NCBI GenBank assembly: GCA_963522395.1
Contig: CAUQZY010000001.1
Location: forward strand, 6,973-70,972
DNA length: 64,000 bases
Direction of reading: 5' to 3'
From: an uncultured Streptococcus sp.
GTDB taxonomy: Bacteria; Bacillota; Bacilli; Lactobacillales; Streptococcaceae
The notes under the pieces: generated by a model
Databases searched by the model: none
Told to the model about the DNA's origin: nothing
The model's input: the letters and a program-made list of their open reading frames with translations, nothing else
Position numbers and translations under genes: made by a program
Part shown: positions 1-10,295 of the stretch, one piece after another
Layout: each line of letters starts with the position of its first letter
Numbering within the stretch: position 1 is the first letter of the stretch

Positions 1-58
1 GCGCAAGCTGATGTGGTGAGATTCCACAACCGACAGTATAGTCTGGATGGGAGAAGAC
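1..58 (+). ncRNA. FMN riboswitch (RFN element), 3' half only (5' part lies outside the window)
   Basis: Conserved RFN 3' motifs (...ccacaaccgacagtatagtctggatgggagaag) upstream of a riboflavin ECF S-component gene. Confidence 0.9.
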
Positions 59-178
59 GAAAGAATAGCTTTGTCTGTTCTGATAGATTTATAGCTAAAC
101 TGTAACCGCTTGCTTGAATTTCCTTAATAGAGTGAGAGGGAACTTTTGGGATATAAAAAGTGAGAATAGATAGAGGAA

Positions 179-218
179 TCCTTTCCAACTTCTTCTGATT
201 TTATAGAAAATTGGAGGA
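179..218 (+). promoter_or_regulatory. Shine-Dalgarno-sequestering hairpin, probable riboswitch expression platform
   Basis: tcctttccaa can pair with ttggagga, the RBS of the ATG at 226. Confidence 0.6.
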
Positions 219-225
219 ACCTGTT

Positions 226-789
226 ATGACAAACACACGTCGACTTTCGACCATTGCAATTCTATCAGCCATCTCATTTGTGCTGATGTACTTTGACTTT
301 CCGCTTTTGCCAGCGGCATCCTTCCTCAAGATCGAATTTAGTATCTTGCCAGTCCTTGTGGGTTTGGTGGTCATGGATTTGCCTGCTGCTCTAGGAGTTC
401 TCTTGCTTCGCTCACTCTTGAAATTGCTTCTTAACAGCCAGGGAGTGAATACTTACATTGGTTTGCCAATGAATATCGTAGCTTTGGGAGTTTTTGTCAT
501 CGTATTTGCTTTGATTTGGAAAAAGGAACGGACAACCCTTCGTTTCCTACTAGGCTCTCTAGCTGGAACTATTGGTTTAACCGTGGCTATGTTGGTTCTC
601 AACTATGTTTACGCTGTTCCTTTGTACGCTAAGTTTGCTAACTTTGATATTGGAAAAATTTTGGGACTTTCCAACTACCTAATGACCATGGTATTACCTT
701 TTAACTTGATTGAGGGTGTAATCTTTTCCGTTTCATTCTGGTTGTTGTACGTCCTTTTGAAACCAACCTTAAAACATTATGAAAGATAA
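226..789 (+). CDS. ribU: ECF transporter S component, riboflavin-specific
   Basis: Hydrophobic protein with ECF S-component motifs (LSAISFVLM, PFNLIEG), downstream of an FMN riboswitch; ATG at 226 follows GGAGG. Confidence 0.85.
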   Translation: MTNTRRLSTIAILSAISFVLMYFDFPLLPAASFLKIEFSILPVLVGLVVMDLPAALGVLLLRSLLKLLLNSQGVNTYIGLPMNIVALGVFVIVFALIWKKERTTLRFLLGSLAGTIGLTVAMLVLNYVYAVPLYAKFANFDIGKILGLSNYLMTMVLPFNLIEGVIFSVSFWLLYVLLKPTLKHYER

Positions 790-1429
790 ACAAACATTTT
801 TAATGAAGGGCAGTTTTGCCCTTTTACTTTTCGTTATTCTTGGCTATATGGTCAAATTTTATCCTGACACGCTGGTAGGTTTTGACCAACCGATTCAGAC
901 GGCAGTTCGAGGAGACTTGCCAAATTACTTGACTATTCTTTTCCTAGCCATCACACATCTGATTGATATCCCAGTGATTATCACTTGGGTTGTCATCGCA
1001 GCCTTTATCTTTTATCGTAAGCGGTGGAAGATAGAAAGCTTCTTTATGCTGGGAAATCTGGCTTTGGCAGGTCTTTTAATCGTGACCTTTAAAAATATCT
1101 ACCAGCGCCCACGACCAGCTATTTTACATCTGGTGGAGGAGAAGGGATTTTCCTTTCCAAGTGGGCATTCTTTGGCAGTGACGCTGATGGTAGGTACTTT
1201 GATTATCATTCTCAGTCAACGGATTAAAAATCCAGTTTGGAGAAAAATCGTGCAAATCGTCCTTGGCCTCTACCTAGTCAGTGTACTGGTATCAAGGGTC
1301 TATCTGGGAGTTCACTATCCATCAGATGTTCTTGCCAGTCTCTGTGTGGGCTTGGGAGTCCTGTTTATCGAGTTTCCCTTCTATGATAAGCTCCGCTTCC
1401 AATGGCGATTTAAAGGTAAGCAGAAGTGA
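779..1429 (+). CDS. PAP2-family membrane phosphatase
   Basis: KxxxxRPRP, SFPSGH and SRVYLGVHYPSD motifs. Confidence 0.9.
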   Translation: MKDKQTFLMKGSFALLLFVILGYMVKFYPDTLVGFDQPIQTAVRGDLPNYLTILFLAITHLIDIPVIITWVVIAAFIFYRKRWKIESFFMLGNLALAGLLIVTFKNIYQRPRPAILHLVEEKGFSFPSGHSLAVTLMVGTLIIILSQRIKNPVWRKIVQIVLGLYLVSVLVSRVYLGVHYPSDVLASLCVGLGVLFIEFPFYDKLRFQWRFKGKQK

Positions 1430-1456
1430 GCATCAAATTCCCTTGAGGAGAAAGAA

Positions 1457-1876
1457 ATGAAAGTCAATATAAAAGCTCTTCATCCTACTCAACTATACTT
1501 ATCAGAAAAGAAACTAGAAGGCATCCAGACACTTTATAAGTCAGCAGAAATAATCAATGTTGCTCCAATCAGTATTCTTGCCTTTGGAGATTACTTGTTG
1601 ATTACAGATGGGCATCACAGGGCTTATCAGGCTTTATTGGCCGGTCGGGATACGATTTCTGCTGAGTGGGATAGAGATGGTGGTGATGAACTATATCATC
1701 TCTATGCGCAAGCCTGTGAGGAAAGAAAGATTTACTCTGTTCTGGATTTAAAAAATCATATCTTAGCTCAAGATGAGTATGAAGCAAAATGGTATAACTG
1801 GTGTGAGGGTTTTAATCAAGCAGCAACTCTCTTATTGAAAAGGAAAGCAGATGAAACAGACCCTACAAATAGATAA
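1457..1876 (+). CDS. ParB/Srx-like N-terminal domain protein
   Basis: LHPTQ and ITDGHHR motifs; GAGGAG RBS. Confidence 0.6.
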   Translation: MKVNIKALHPTQLYLSEKKLEGIQTLYKSAEIINVAPISILAFGDYLLITDGHHRAYQALLAGRDTISAEWDRDGGDELYHLYAQACEERKIYSVLDLKNHILAQDEYEAKWYNWCEGFNQAATLLLKRKADETDPTNR

Positions 1877-2330
1877 TACACTGCGTCTTGTTCCTTATTA
1901 TCAGGTCAATCATTGTGAGGAAGCTTTTGCTTGGTATCAGGATGTGAACCTGGTTTACCTCGTAGATGGTGTGAAGAGACCTTATAGTCCAGCGACCCTG
2001 GAAGCTATGTATTCTTATTTGGATCAGCATGGAGAGCTTTTTTGGATTGAAGTCAAGGAGAAGGGAGAATGGTTTCCAATTGGGGATGTTACACTATCTC
2101 AGGATAATCTCCCCATTGTGATTGGGAATCCCGCTTACCAACATCGAGGACTTGGAAAAAAGATTCTAAGTGCTTTGATTGAATTGGCTCGAGTAAAAGG
2201 ATGGAAAGAATTGAGAGTCAAGGAAATCTACACCTACAATCATGCTTCTAGGAGGTGTTTCAAGTCGCTTGGATTTGTGGAAAATGGAGCAACAGAAAAA
2301 GGAATGAGTTTTATATTGAAATTAATCTAG
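1851..2330 (+). CDS. GNAT acetyltransferase
   Basis: YQHRGLG acetyl-CoA motif and NxxSxxxFxxLGF. Confidence 0.85.
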   Translation: MKQTLQIDNTLRLVPYYQVNHCEEAFAWYQDVNLVYLVDGVKRPYSPATLEAMYSYLDQHGELFWIEVKEKGEWFPIGDVTLSQDNLPIVIGNPAYQHRGLGKKILSALIELARVKGWKELRVKEIYTYNHASRRCFKSLGFVENGATEKGMSFILKLI

Positions 2331-2379
2331 TCTAACTTGTTTTTTAACTAAAAATCTGATAAACTATGTAGTAATTGAA

Positions 2380-2574
2380 TAGGAATCCGCAAGACTAGTA
2401 ACTCAAGGGAAGTATATCAGGGAGGAGAGCCGTGACTGCAAGCTCTCTATATGAAAGCTGGGTGAATTCACTTGCGCATGGATTTAGAAATGAAGGTCTG
2501 ACTTGTCAGATAAAAACGGATGGTACCGCGTGTCAACGCTCCGAGTGGAGTTTTTGGCATGTGGTTTTCTTTTT
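2380..2574 (+). promoter_or_regulatory. T-box riboswitch (Phe) leader of pheS
   Basis: Specifier gaa-TTC-a at 2467-2469, T-box aacggatggtaccgcg at 2515-2530, and a terminator hairpin with U tract at about 2526-2574. Confidence 0.9.
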
Positions 2575-2600
2575 ATCTACGAGAGACTGATGGAGGAATT

Positions 2601-3647
2601 ATGTCAACTATTGAAGAACAATTAAAAGCGCTTCGTGAAGAAACGCTGGCTAGCTTGAAGCAGATTACTGCTGAAAATGAAAAAGAGATGCAAGATTTGC
2701 GTGTCTCTGTCCTTGGTAAAAAGGGTTCGCTCACTGAAATCCTCAAAGGGATGAAAGATGTCTCTGCTGAGATGCGTCCAATCATTGGGAAACACGTCAA
2801 TGAAGCTCGTGATGTCTTGACAGCAGCCTTTGAAGAAACAGCTAAACTCTTGGAAGAAAAGAAAGTCGCGACTCAACTGGCTAGCGAGAGTATCGATGTG
2901 ACGCTTCCAGGTCGTCCAGTTGCGACTGGTCACCGTCATGTCCTCACACAAACCAGTGAAGAAATCGAAGATATTTTCATTGGGATGGGTTACCAAGTCG
3001 TGGATGGTTTTGAAGTGGAGCAAGACTACTATAACTTTGAACGTATGAACCTTCCAAAAGACCACCCAGCTCGTGATATGCAGGATACTTTCTATATCAC
3101 TGAAGAAATCTTGCTACGTACCCACACGTCTCCAGTTCAAGCGCGTGCTATGGATGCCCATGATTTTTCTAAAGGTCCTTTGAAAATGATCTCACCAGGA
3201 CGCGTGTTCCGTCGTGATACAGACGATGCGACCCACAGTCACCAGTTCCACCAAATCGAAGGCTTGGTTGTTGGGAAAAATATCTCTATGGCTGATCTTC
3301 AAGGAACCCTTCAGTTGATTGTGCAAAAAATGTTTGGTGAAGAGCGTCAGATTCGTCTGCGCCCCTCTTACTTCCCATTCACAGAGCCATCTGTTGAGGT
3401 GGATGTTTCTTGCTTCAAGTGTGGTGGAGAAGGCTGTAACGTATGTAAGAAAACAGGTTGGATCGAAATTATGGGTGCCGGTATGGTTCACCCACGTGTC
3501 CTTGAAATGAGTGGTATCGATGCGACTGTTTACTCTGGATTTGCCTTTGGTCTTGGACAAGAGCGTGTAGCTATGCTCCGTTACGGAATTAACGATATTC
3601 GTGGATTCTACCAAGGAGATATCCGCTTCTCAGAACAGTTTAAATAA
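2601..3647 (+). CDS. pheS: Phenylalanine--tRNA ligase alpha subunit
   Basis: [26 protein letters not shown] and GFAFGLG motifs; true start ATG 2601 after GGAGG. Confidence 0.98.
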   Translation: MSTIEEQLKALREETLASLKQITAENEKEMQDLRVSVLGKKGSLTEILKGMKDVSAEMRPIIGKHVNEARDVLTAAFEETAKLLEEKKVATQLASESIDVTLPGRPVATGHRHVLTQTSEEIEDIFIGMGYQVVDGFEVEQDYYNFERMNLPKDHPARDMQDTFYITEEILLRTHTSPVQARAMDAHDFSKGPLKMISPGRVFRRDTDDATHSHQFHQIEGLVVGKNISMADLQGTLQLIVQKMFGEERQIRLRPSYFPFTEPSVEVDVSCFKCGGEGCNVCKKTGWIEIMGAGMVHPRVLEMSGIDATVYSGFAFGLGQERVAMLRYGINDIRGFYQGDIRFSEQFK

Positions 3648-4156
3648 TGATTAGAAAAGTAGAAATGGCAGATGTTGAGGTGTTGGCTAAAATAGCCAAA
3701 CAAACCTTTCGTGAAACATTTGCGCATGATAATACGGAAGAGCAGTTACAGGAATACTTTGAAGAGGCTTATAGTCTGAAAACTTTGTCAACTGAGTTGG
3801 GAAATCCAGAATCCGAAACCTATTTCATTATGCATGAAGAGGAGATAGCTGGTTTTCTCAAAGTCAACTGGGGAAATGCTCAAACTGAGAGAGAATTAGA
3901 GAACGCTTTTGAAATTCAACGCCTCTATGTGCTACAAACATTCCAAGGATTTGGACTTGGTAAGCAACTGTTTGAATTTGCTCTTGAACTTGCTACAAAA
4001 AATAGTTTTTCTTGGGCTTGGTTAGGTGTTTGGGAGCATAATACAAAAGCTCAAGCATTTTATAATCGATATGGTTTTGAAAAATTTAGCCAACATCATT
4101 TTATGGTTGGTCAAAAAGTAGATACAGATTGGTTACTGAGAAAGAAATTAAGGTAA
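3647..4156 (+). CDS. GNAT acetyltransferase (PaiA-like) between pheS and pheT
   Basis: QGFGLG and WLGVWEHNxxAxxFY motifs; start overlaps the pheS stop. Confidence 0.88.
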   Translation: MIRKVEMADVEVLAKIAKQTFRETFAHDNTEEQLQEYFEEAYSLKTLSTELGNPESETYFIMHEEEIAGFLKVNWGNAQTERELENAFEIQRLYVLQTFQGFGLGKQLFEFALELATKNSFSWAWLGVWEHNTKAQAFYNRYGFEKFSQHHFMVGQKVDTDWLLRKKLR

Positions 4157-4232
4157 GAAGATGATTCTTCTATTGAAATGATAGGAAAGGAAAAGAACTA
4201 GAGTGGCAACTGTCATTCTGGAGAACTAAATT

Positions 4233-6638
4233 ATGCTTGTATCTTATAAATGGTTAAAAGAATTGGTGGACATTGATGTGCCATCACAAGAGTTGGCTGA
4301 AAAAATGTCAACTACAGGGATCGAGGTAGAAGGTGTCGAATCACCTGCTGCTGGTCTCTCAAAAATTGTCGTCGGTGAGGTCTTGTCTTGCGAAGATGTG
4401 CCAGAAACTCACCTCCATGTTTGTCAGGTTAACGTTGGCGAAGAAGAAGTCCGTCAAATCGTATGTGGTGCACCGAATGTGCGTGCTGGTATCAAGGTTA
4501 TGGTGGCTCTTCCAGGAGCTCGCATCGCTGACAACTACAAAATCAAAAAAGGAAAAATCCGCGGTCTTGAGTCACTTGGGATGATCTGTTCACTTGGTGA
4601 ATTGGGAATTTCTGACTCAGTTGTACCTAAGGAATTCGCAGATGGCATCCAAATCTTGCCAGAAAATGCCGTTCCAGGTGAGGAAGTCTTCTCATATCTA
4701 GACTTGGATGATGAAATCATCGAACTGTCTATCACACCCAACCGTGCAGATGCCCTTTCTATGCGTGGAGTGGCTCACGAAGTGGCAGCTATCTATGATA
4801 AGGCAGTCAACTTTAAAGAATTTACTCTTTCAGAAACTGGCCAGGCTGCAGCAGATGCTCTTTCTGTGGGCATTGAGACAGACAAGGCGCCTTACTATGC
4901 AGCTCGTATCTTGGACAATGTGACTATCGCACCAAGTCCACAATGGTTGCAAAATCTTCTTATGAATGAAGGTATCCGTCCTATTAACAACGTTGTAGAC
5001 GTGACAAACTACATTCTGCTCTACTTTGGTCAACCAATGCACGCCTTTGATTTGGATACCTTTGAAGGGAGTGACATCCGTGTACGTGAGGCGCGGGCTG
5101 GTGAAAAATTGGTGACCTTGGATGGAGAAGAACGTGAGTTGGACGTGAATGACTTAGTCATCACTGTCGCAGACAAACCAGTAGCCCTTGCAGGTGTTAT
5201 GGGTGGTGAGGCGACAGAAATCTCTGAAAACTCTAGTCGTGTTGTCCTTGAAGCTGCTGTCTTCAACGGCAAATCAATCCGTAAGACCAGCGGTCGCCTC
5301 AACCTTCGTTCAGAGTCATCTTCTCGCTTTGAAAAAGGTATCAATGTGGCAACAGTCAATGAGGCTCTTGATGCGGCAGCTAGTATGATTGCAGAGCTTG
5401 CAGGTGCGACTGTGCGTAAGGGTATCGTTTCAGCGGGTGAACTTGATACCTCTGATGTGGAAGTTTCTTCAACTCTTGCTGATGTTAACCGTGTCCTTGG
5501 TACAGAGCTTTCTTATGCTGATGTAGAAGACGTCTTCCGTCGTCTTGGTTTTGGCCTTTCTGGAAATGCAGCTAGCTTTACAGTCAGCGTGCCACGTCGT
5601 CGCTGGGATATCACAATAGAAGCAGATCTCTTTGAAGAAATCGCTCGTATCTATGGTTATGACCGCTTGCCAACTAGTCTACCAAAAGACGATGGTACAG
5701 CTGGTGAATTGACAGCCACACAAAAACTCCGCCGTCAAGTTCGTACGATTGCTGAAGGAGCAGGTTTGACAGAAATCATCACCTATGCTCTAACAACTCC
5801 TGAAAAAGCAGTTGAGTTCACAGCTCAACCAAGTAACCTTACTGAACTCATGTGGCCAATGACTGTGGATCGTTCTGTCCTCCGTCAAAATATGATTTCA
5901 GGTATCCTAGATACAGTTGCTTACAACGTGGCTCGTAAGAACAAAAACTTGGCCCTTTACGAGATTGGAAAAGTCTTTGAACAAACAGGTAATCCAAAAG
6001 AAGAACTTCCAAATGAAATCAACAGCTTTGCCTTTGCCTTGACAGGCTTGGTTGCTGAAAAAGATTTCCAAACAGCAGCAGTTCCAGTTGATTTCTTCTA
6101 TGCTAAGGGAATCCTTGAAGCCCTCTTTGCTCGTTTGGGACTCCAAGTAACTTATACAGCAACATCTGAAATCGCTAGCCTTCATCCAGGTCGTACAGCT
6201 ATGATTTCACTCGGTGACCAAGTTCTTGGTTTCCTTGGCCAAGTGCATCCAGTCACTGCTAAGGCCTACGATATTCCAGAAACGTATGTGGCTGAGCTCA
6301 ACCTTTCAGCCATCGAAGTTGCCCTTCAACCAGCTGCTCCATTTGTGGAAATCACGAAATTCCCAGCAGTTAGCCGTGACGTTGCCCTCCTTCTCAAGGC
6401 AGAAGTGACTCACCAAGAAATTGTGGACGCTATCCAAGCTGCAGGCGTGAAACGTTTGACAGATATCAAACTCTTTGACGTCTTCTCAGGTGAGAAATTG
6501 GGACTGGGTATGAAGTCAATGGCTTATAGCTTGACCTTCCAAAATCCAGAAGATAGCTTAACGGATGAAGAAGTCGCACGCTATATGGAAAAAATCCAAG
6601 CTTCTCTCGAAGAAAAAGTCAATGCAGAAGTGCGTTAA
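4233..6638 (+). CDS. pheT: Phenylalanine--tRNA ligase beta subunit
   Basis: 801 aa with IVCGAPN, TPNRAD and [12 protein letters not shown] motifs and a C-terminal anticodon-binding domain. Confidence 0.98.
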   Translation: MLVSYKWLKELVDIDVPSQELAEKMSTTGIEVEGVESPAAGLSKIVVGEVLSCEDVPETHLHVCQVNVGEEEVRQIVCGAPNVRAGIKVMVALPGARIADNYKIKKGKIRGLESLGMICSLGELGISDSVVPKEFADGIQILPENAVPGEEVFSYLDLDDEIIELSITPNRADALSMRGVAHEVAAIYDKAVNFKEFTLSETGQAAADALSVGIETDKAPYYAARILDNVTIAPSPQWLQNLLMNEGIRPINNVVDVTNYILLYFGQPMHAFDLDTFEGSDIRVREARAGEKLVTLDGEERELDVNDLVITVADKPVALAGVMGGEATEISENSSRVVLEAAVFNGKSIRKTSGRLNLRSESSSRFEKGINVATVNEALDAAASMIAELAGATVRKGIVSAGELDTSDVEVSSTLADVNRVLGTELSYADVEDVFRRLGFGLSGNAASFTVSVPRRRWDITIEADLFEEIARIYGYDRLPTSLPKDDGTAGELTATQKLRRQVRTIAEGAGLTEIITYALTTPEKAVEFTAQPSNLTELMWPMTVDRSVLRQNMISGILDTVAYNVARKNKNLALYEIGKVFEQTGNPKEELPNEINSFAFALTGLVAEKDFQTAAVPVDFFYAKGILEALFARLGLQVTYTATSEIASLHPGRTAMISLGDQVLGFLGQVHPVTAKAYDIPETYVAELNLSAIEVALQPAAPFVEITKFPAVSRDVALLLKAEVTHQEIVDAIQAAGVKRLTDIKLFDVFSGEKLGLGMKSMAYSLTFQNPEDSLTDEEVARYMEKIQASLEEKVNAEVR

Positions 6639-6645
6639 AGTATCA

Positions 6646-6669
6646 ATCCATCCTTAGGGGTGGATTTTT
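6646..6669 (+). terminator. Rho-independent terminator of pheST
   Basis: aatccatcc-ttag-gggtggatt hairpin followed by a T run. Confidence 0.8.
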
Positions 6670-6759
6670 GCTTTTCAAATAACAATTCAGGATCAAAAAT
6701 AGACAGTTGAGGAGCGGAGGTGATAAATCGAGTTTGCTACTGTATAATGGATTTATCAT

Positions 6760-6912
6760 TAATACTCTTCGAAAATCTCTTCAAACCACGTCAGCTTCGC
6801 CTTACCGTATATATGTGACTGACTTCGTCAGTCTTATCTACAACCTCAAAACAGTGTTTTGAGCAACCTACGGCTAGCTTCCTAGTTTGCTCTTTGATTT
6901 TTATTGAGTATA
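6760..6912 (+). repeat. BOX element (boxA-boxB-boxC)
   Basis: taatactcttcgaaaatctcttcaaaccacgtcag...ctagcttcctagtttgctctttgattttt-attgagtat. Confidence 0.92.
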
Positions 6913-7026
6913 AAAGTTCTCCAGGCCATATTTTACATAGCATTAGTATTATAAAAATGGACGGAAAGCATTGTAAAGGCTATCAAAAAGGAGTATAATG
7001 AGTGCAAGACATTTCGGAGGTGAAAG

Positions 7027-7920
7027 ATGCTAGAAGTAAGAAGTCTAGAGAAAAGTTTTGGACCCAAGCAAGTTTTGTTTGGTATTGACTTTCAAGCGCG
7101 ACCAGGTCGTATTTTGGGACTAGTCGGAAAAAATGGTGCTGGGAAGACAACGATTTTCCACAGTATTTTGAAGTTTTTAGAATATCAAGGAGAAATCAGT
7201 CTGGATGGTCAGGATATTCGTCAGGAGACCTACGCTCGGATTGGCTATCTGCCTGAAGAACGCAGTCTCATGCCTAAATTGACAGTCCTTGAACAAGTTC
7301 GTTACTTGGCGACGCTAAAAGGCATGGATGCCAAAGAAATCAAGGAAAAACTCCCTCAATGGATGAAGAGGTTGGAAGTGAAAGGGAAGCTGACAGATAA
7401 AATTAAGAGTCTGTCAAAAGGAAATCAGCAGAAGATTCAGCTCATTATTACTCTGATTCATGAGCCAGACTTGATTATCTTGGATGAGCCTTTCAGTGGA
7501 TTGGACCCAGTCAATACAGAATTGCTCAAGCAAGTCATTTTTCAAGAAAAAGAACGTGGGGCAACCATTATCTTTTCTGACCATGTCATGACCAACGTCG
7601 AGGAGCTTTGTGACGATATTCTCATGATTCGAGATGGCCGTGTGGTCTTGCATGGACCGGTTCAGGATGTCCGCAATCAATACGGGAAAACGCGTCTCTT
7701 TGTTTCAAGTGAACGAAGCAAGGAAGAATTGGAAAATCTTCCTCATGTCAAACAGGTGAGCTTGACCAAACAAGGCAGTTGGAAATTGATCTTGGAGGAT
7801 GAGAGTGCTGGAAGGGAACTCTTCCCAATCTTGACTCAAGGGCAATATATCGCAACCTTTGACCAGCAAGCGCCAACAATCGATGAAATCTTTAAACTAG
7901 AATCAGGGGTGGAAGTATGA
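7027..7920 (+). CDS. ABC-2 exporter ATP-binding protein (YhaQ/NatA-like)
   Basis: GKNGAGKT, LSKGNQQK and LDEPFSGLD motifs. Confidence 0.92.
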   Translation: MLEVRSLEKSFGPKQVLFGIDFQARPGRILGLVGKNGAGKTTIFHSILKFLEYQGEISLDGQDIRQETYARIGYLPEERSLMPKLTVLEQVRYLATLKGMDAKEIKEKLPQWMKRLEVKGKLTDKIKSLSKGNQQKIQLIITLIHEPDLIILDEPFSGLDPVNTELLKQVIFQEKERGATIIFSDHVMTNVEELCDDILMIRDGRVVLHGPVQDVRNQYGKTRLFVSSERSKEELENLPHVKQVSLTKQGSWKLILEDESAGRELFPILTQGQYIATFDQQAPTIDEIFKLESGVEV

Positions 7921-9116
7921 GAAATATGTGGGTTGTAATGAAGGAAACCTATCTTCGACATGTCAAATCGTGGAGTTTCTTCTTTATGGTGATTTCACCA
8001 TTCTTGTTTATCGGTCTCTCTGGAGGAATTGGCTATCTCCAAGGCTCTTCTATGGCTAAAAATGATAAAGTGGCAGTAGTGACAACAGTGCCATCTGTAG
8101 CAGAAGGACTGAAGAATGTAAATGGTGTTAACTTTGATTATAAAGACGAAGCAAGTGCCCAAGCTGCTATCAAAGATGAGAAAATCAAGGGTTACCTAAC
8201 CATTGACCAAGAGGACAGCGTCCTAAAGGCCGTCTATCATGGTGAAACTTCTCTTGAGATTGCTATTAAGCTAGGAGTAACGAGCAAGTTAAATGAGCTT
8301 CAAGATCAACTCAATCGTTCGGCAGCCAATTTGTCACAAGAACAGGAAAAACGCTTGGAACAAACAGTTAACTTTACGGAGAAAATTGATGAATCCAAGG
8401 AAAATAAAAAAATGATTCAAACCTTTGCGGCCGCAGGGCTTGGTTTCTTCCTTTATATGATTTTGATTACCTATGCTAGTGTCACTGCTCAGGAAGTGGC
8501 TAGCGAGAAAGGAACCAAAATTATGGAGGTGGTCTTCTCTAGTATCCGAGCTAGTCATTATTTCTACGCTCGCATGCTGGCTCTGCTTCTTGTGATTTTG
8601 ACCCATATTGGCATTTACGTCGTGGGTGGATTTGCTGCCATTCTTCTCTTTAAAGACCTACCAATCTTGGCACAATCTGGTATTTTAAACCATATAGGAG
8701 AGGCTTTCTCGCTCAACACCTTATTGTTTGTCTTGGTTAGTCTCTTTATGTACGTTGTTTTAGCAGCCTTCCTAGGTTCTATGGTTTCTCGTCCTGAGGA
8801 TGCAGGAAAAGCCTTGTCGCCTTTGATGATTTTGATTATAGGTGGTTTTTTTGGAGTGACAGCTCTAGGTGCAGCTGGTGACAATCTCATCTTGAAGATT
8901 GGTTCTTATATTCCCTTTATTTCGACCTTCTTTATGCCATTTAGAACCATTAATGGCTATGCAGGGGGAGTAGAAGCATGGATTTCACTTGCTATTACAG
9001 TGATTTTTGCAGTGGTAGCAACAGGATTTATCGGACGCATGTATGCTAGCCTCGTTCTGCAAACGGATGATTTAGGTCCTTGGAAAACCTTTAAACGTGC
9101 CTTATCTTATAAATAG
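7917..9116 (+). CDS. ABC-2 exporter permease (YhaP/NatB-like)
   Basis: Multiple TM segments and the EKGTKIMEV motif; overlaps the ATPase stop. Confidence 0.88.
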   Translation: MRNMWVVMKETYLRHVKSWSFFFMVISPFLFIGLSGGIGYLQGSSMAKNDKVAVVTTVPSVAEGLKNVNGVNFDYKDEASAQAAIKDEKIKGYLTIDQEDSVLKAVYHGETSLEIAIKLGVTSKLNELQDQLNRSAANLSQEQEKRLEQTVNFTEKIDESKENKKMIQTFAAAGLGFFLYMILITYASVTAQEVASEKGTKIMEVVFSSIRASHYFYARMLALLLVILTHIGIYVVGGFAAILLFKDLPILAQSGILNHIGEAFSLNTLLFVLVSLFMYVVLAAFLGSMVSRPEDAGKALSPLMILIIGGFFGVTALGAAGDNLILKIGSYIPFISTFFMPFRTINGYAGGVEAWISLAITVIFAVVATGFIGRMYASLVLQTDDLGPWKTFKRALSYK

Positions 9117-9117
9117 A

Positions 9118-9143
9118 AGAGCCTCGCGAAAGCGAGGTTTTTT
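9118..9143 (+). terminator. Rho-independent terminator
   Basis: gcctcgc-gaaa-gcgaggt followed by a T run. Confidence 0.85.
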
Positions 9144-9187
9144 AGAGATAAAAAGAGTGGAATTCAGAAAAATATTTTTCATATCTA

Positions 9188-9320
9188 TTGACTTTTAGTG
9201 GTGAAATTTGGTATTATAGTAGGCGGTATTGTTTACCCCATTTGAAAGGCCCCGGAACCTTCCAAATACTTTTCGATGGGAAGGAACACCCATCACCGTA
9301 AACAAAAATCGAACTATATA
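9188..9320 (+). promoter_or_regulatory. rplM promoter and L13 leader RNA
   Basis: TTGACT at 9188 and TG-n-TATTAT at 9209-9217; leader motif ggtattgtttacccca...gccccggaa typical of Firmicutes L13 leaders. Confidence 0.7.
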
Positions 9321-9331
9321 TAGGAGAAATC

Positions 9332-9778
9332 ATGAACAAAACAACATTTATGGCTAAACCAGGCCAAGTTGAACGTAAATGGTACGTAGTTGACGCAACT
9401 GATGTACCACTTGGACGTCTTTCTGCAGTAGTTGCTAGCGTACTTCGCGGAAAAAACAAACCAACATTTACACCACACACTGATACAGGTGACTTTGTGA
9501 TTGTTATCAATGCTGAAAAAGTTAAATTGACTGGTAAAAAAGCAACTGATAAAATCTACTACACTCACTCAAACCACCCAGGTGGATTGAAACAAATCTC
9601 TGCAGGTGAACTTCGTTCTAAAAATGCAGTACGTTTGATCGAGAAATCAGTTAAAGGTATGCTTCCACACAATACTCTTGGCCGCGCTCAAGGTATGAAA
9701 TTGAAAGTATTTGTTGGAGCTGAGCACACTCACGCTGCACAACAACCAGAAGTTCTTGATATTTCAGGACTTATCTAA
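9332..9778 (+). CDS. rplM: 50S ribosomal protein L13
   Basis: [12 protein letters not shown] and TPHTDTGD motifs. Confidence 0.99.
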   Translation: MNKTTFMAKPGQVERKWYVVDATDVPLGRLSAVVASVLRGKNKPTFTPHTDTGDFVIVINAEKVKLTGKKATDKIYYTHSNHPGGLKQISAGELRSKNAVRLIEKSVKGMLPHNTLGRAQGMKLKVFVGAEHTHAAQQPEVLDISGLI

Positions 9779-9796
9779 GGAAAGGAACAATAAAGT

Positions 9797-10189
9797 ATGT
9801 CACAAGCACAATATGCAGGTACTGGACGTCGTAAAAACGCTGTTGCACGCGTTCGCCTTGTTCCAGGAACTGGTAAAATCACTGTTAACAAAAAAGATGT
9901 TGAAGAGTACATCCCACACGCTGACCTTCGTCTTGTAATCAACCAACCATTCGCAGTTACTTCAACTGTAGGTTCATACGACGTTTTCGTTAACGTTGTA
10001 GGTGGTGGATACGCTGGTCAATCAGGAGCTATCCGTCACGGTATCGCTCGTGCCCTTCTTCAAGTAGACCCAGACTTCCGCGATTCATTGAAACGCGCAG
10101 GACTTCTTACACGTGACTCACGTAAAGTTGAACGTAAGAAACCAGGTCTTAAGAAAGCTCGTAAAGCATCACAATTCTCAAAACGTTAA
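9797..10189 (+). CDS. rpsI: 30S ribosomal protein S9 (integration target)
   Basis: GTGRRK...[19 protein letters not shown]. Confidence 0.99.
   Translation: MSQAQYAGTGRRKNAVARVRLVPGTGKITVNKKDVEEYIPHADLRLVINQPFAVTSTVGSYDVFVNVVGGGYAGQSGAIRHGIARALLQVDPDFRDSLKRAGLLTRDSRKVERKKPGLKKARKASQFSKR
10140..10189 (+). repeat. att site copy 1 (left junction, rpsI 3' end)
   Basis: 28-bp aaccaggtcttaagaaagctcgtaaagc (10140-10167) is identical to 18527-18554. Confidence 0.92.
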
Positions 10190-10213
10190 TCAATACGATT
10201 ATATCAACGTTTC

Positions 10214-10249
10214 AAAGCACTCAAAAGTTTACCTTATGGGTGCTTTTTT
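10214..10249 (+). terminator. Element-supplied terminator for rplM-rpsI
   Basis: aaagcactca...tgggtgcttt stem followed by a T run. Confidence 0.75.
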
Positions 10250-10295
10250 CGTATTTTTTTGAAAAGTTTACCTCAAAGTTCACCTTATTTTTACC

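Noticed and set aside
2520..2600. N-terminal extension of pheS in the ORF track (similar over-extensions at 211, 11549, 13683, 14191, 21407, 22572, 31228, 45667, 56748)
   Set aside because: The pheS extension runs through the T-box terminator; in each case a downstream ATG has the better RBS or the expected N-terminus.
3647..4156. GNAT gene between pheS and pheT as a novel insertion or toxin
   Set aside because: To my knowledge this arrangement is standard in pneumococcus and relatives; there are no flanking repeats or antitoxin gene.
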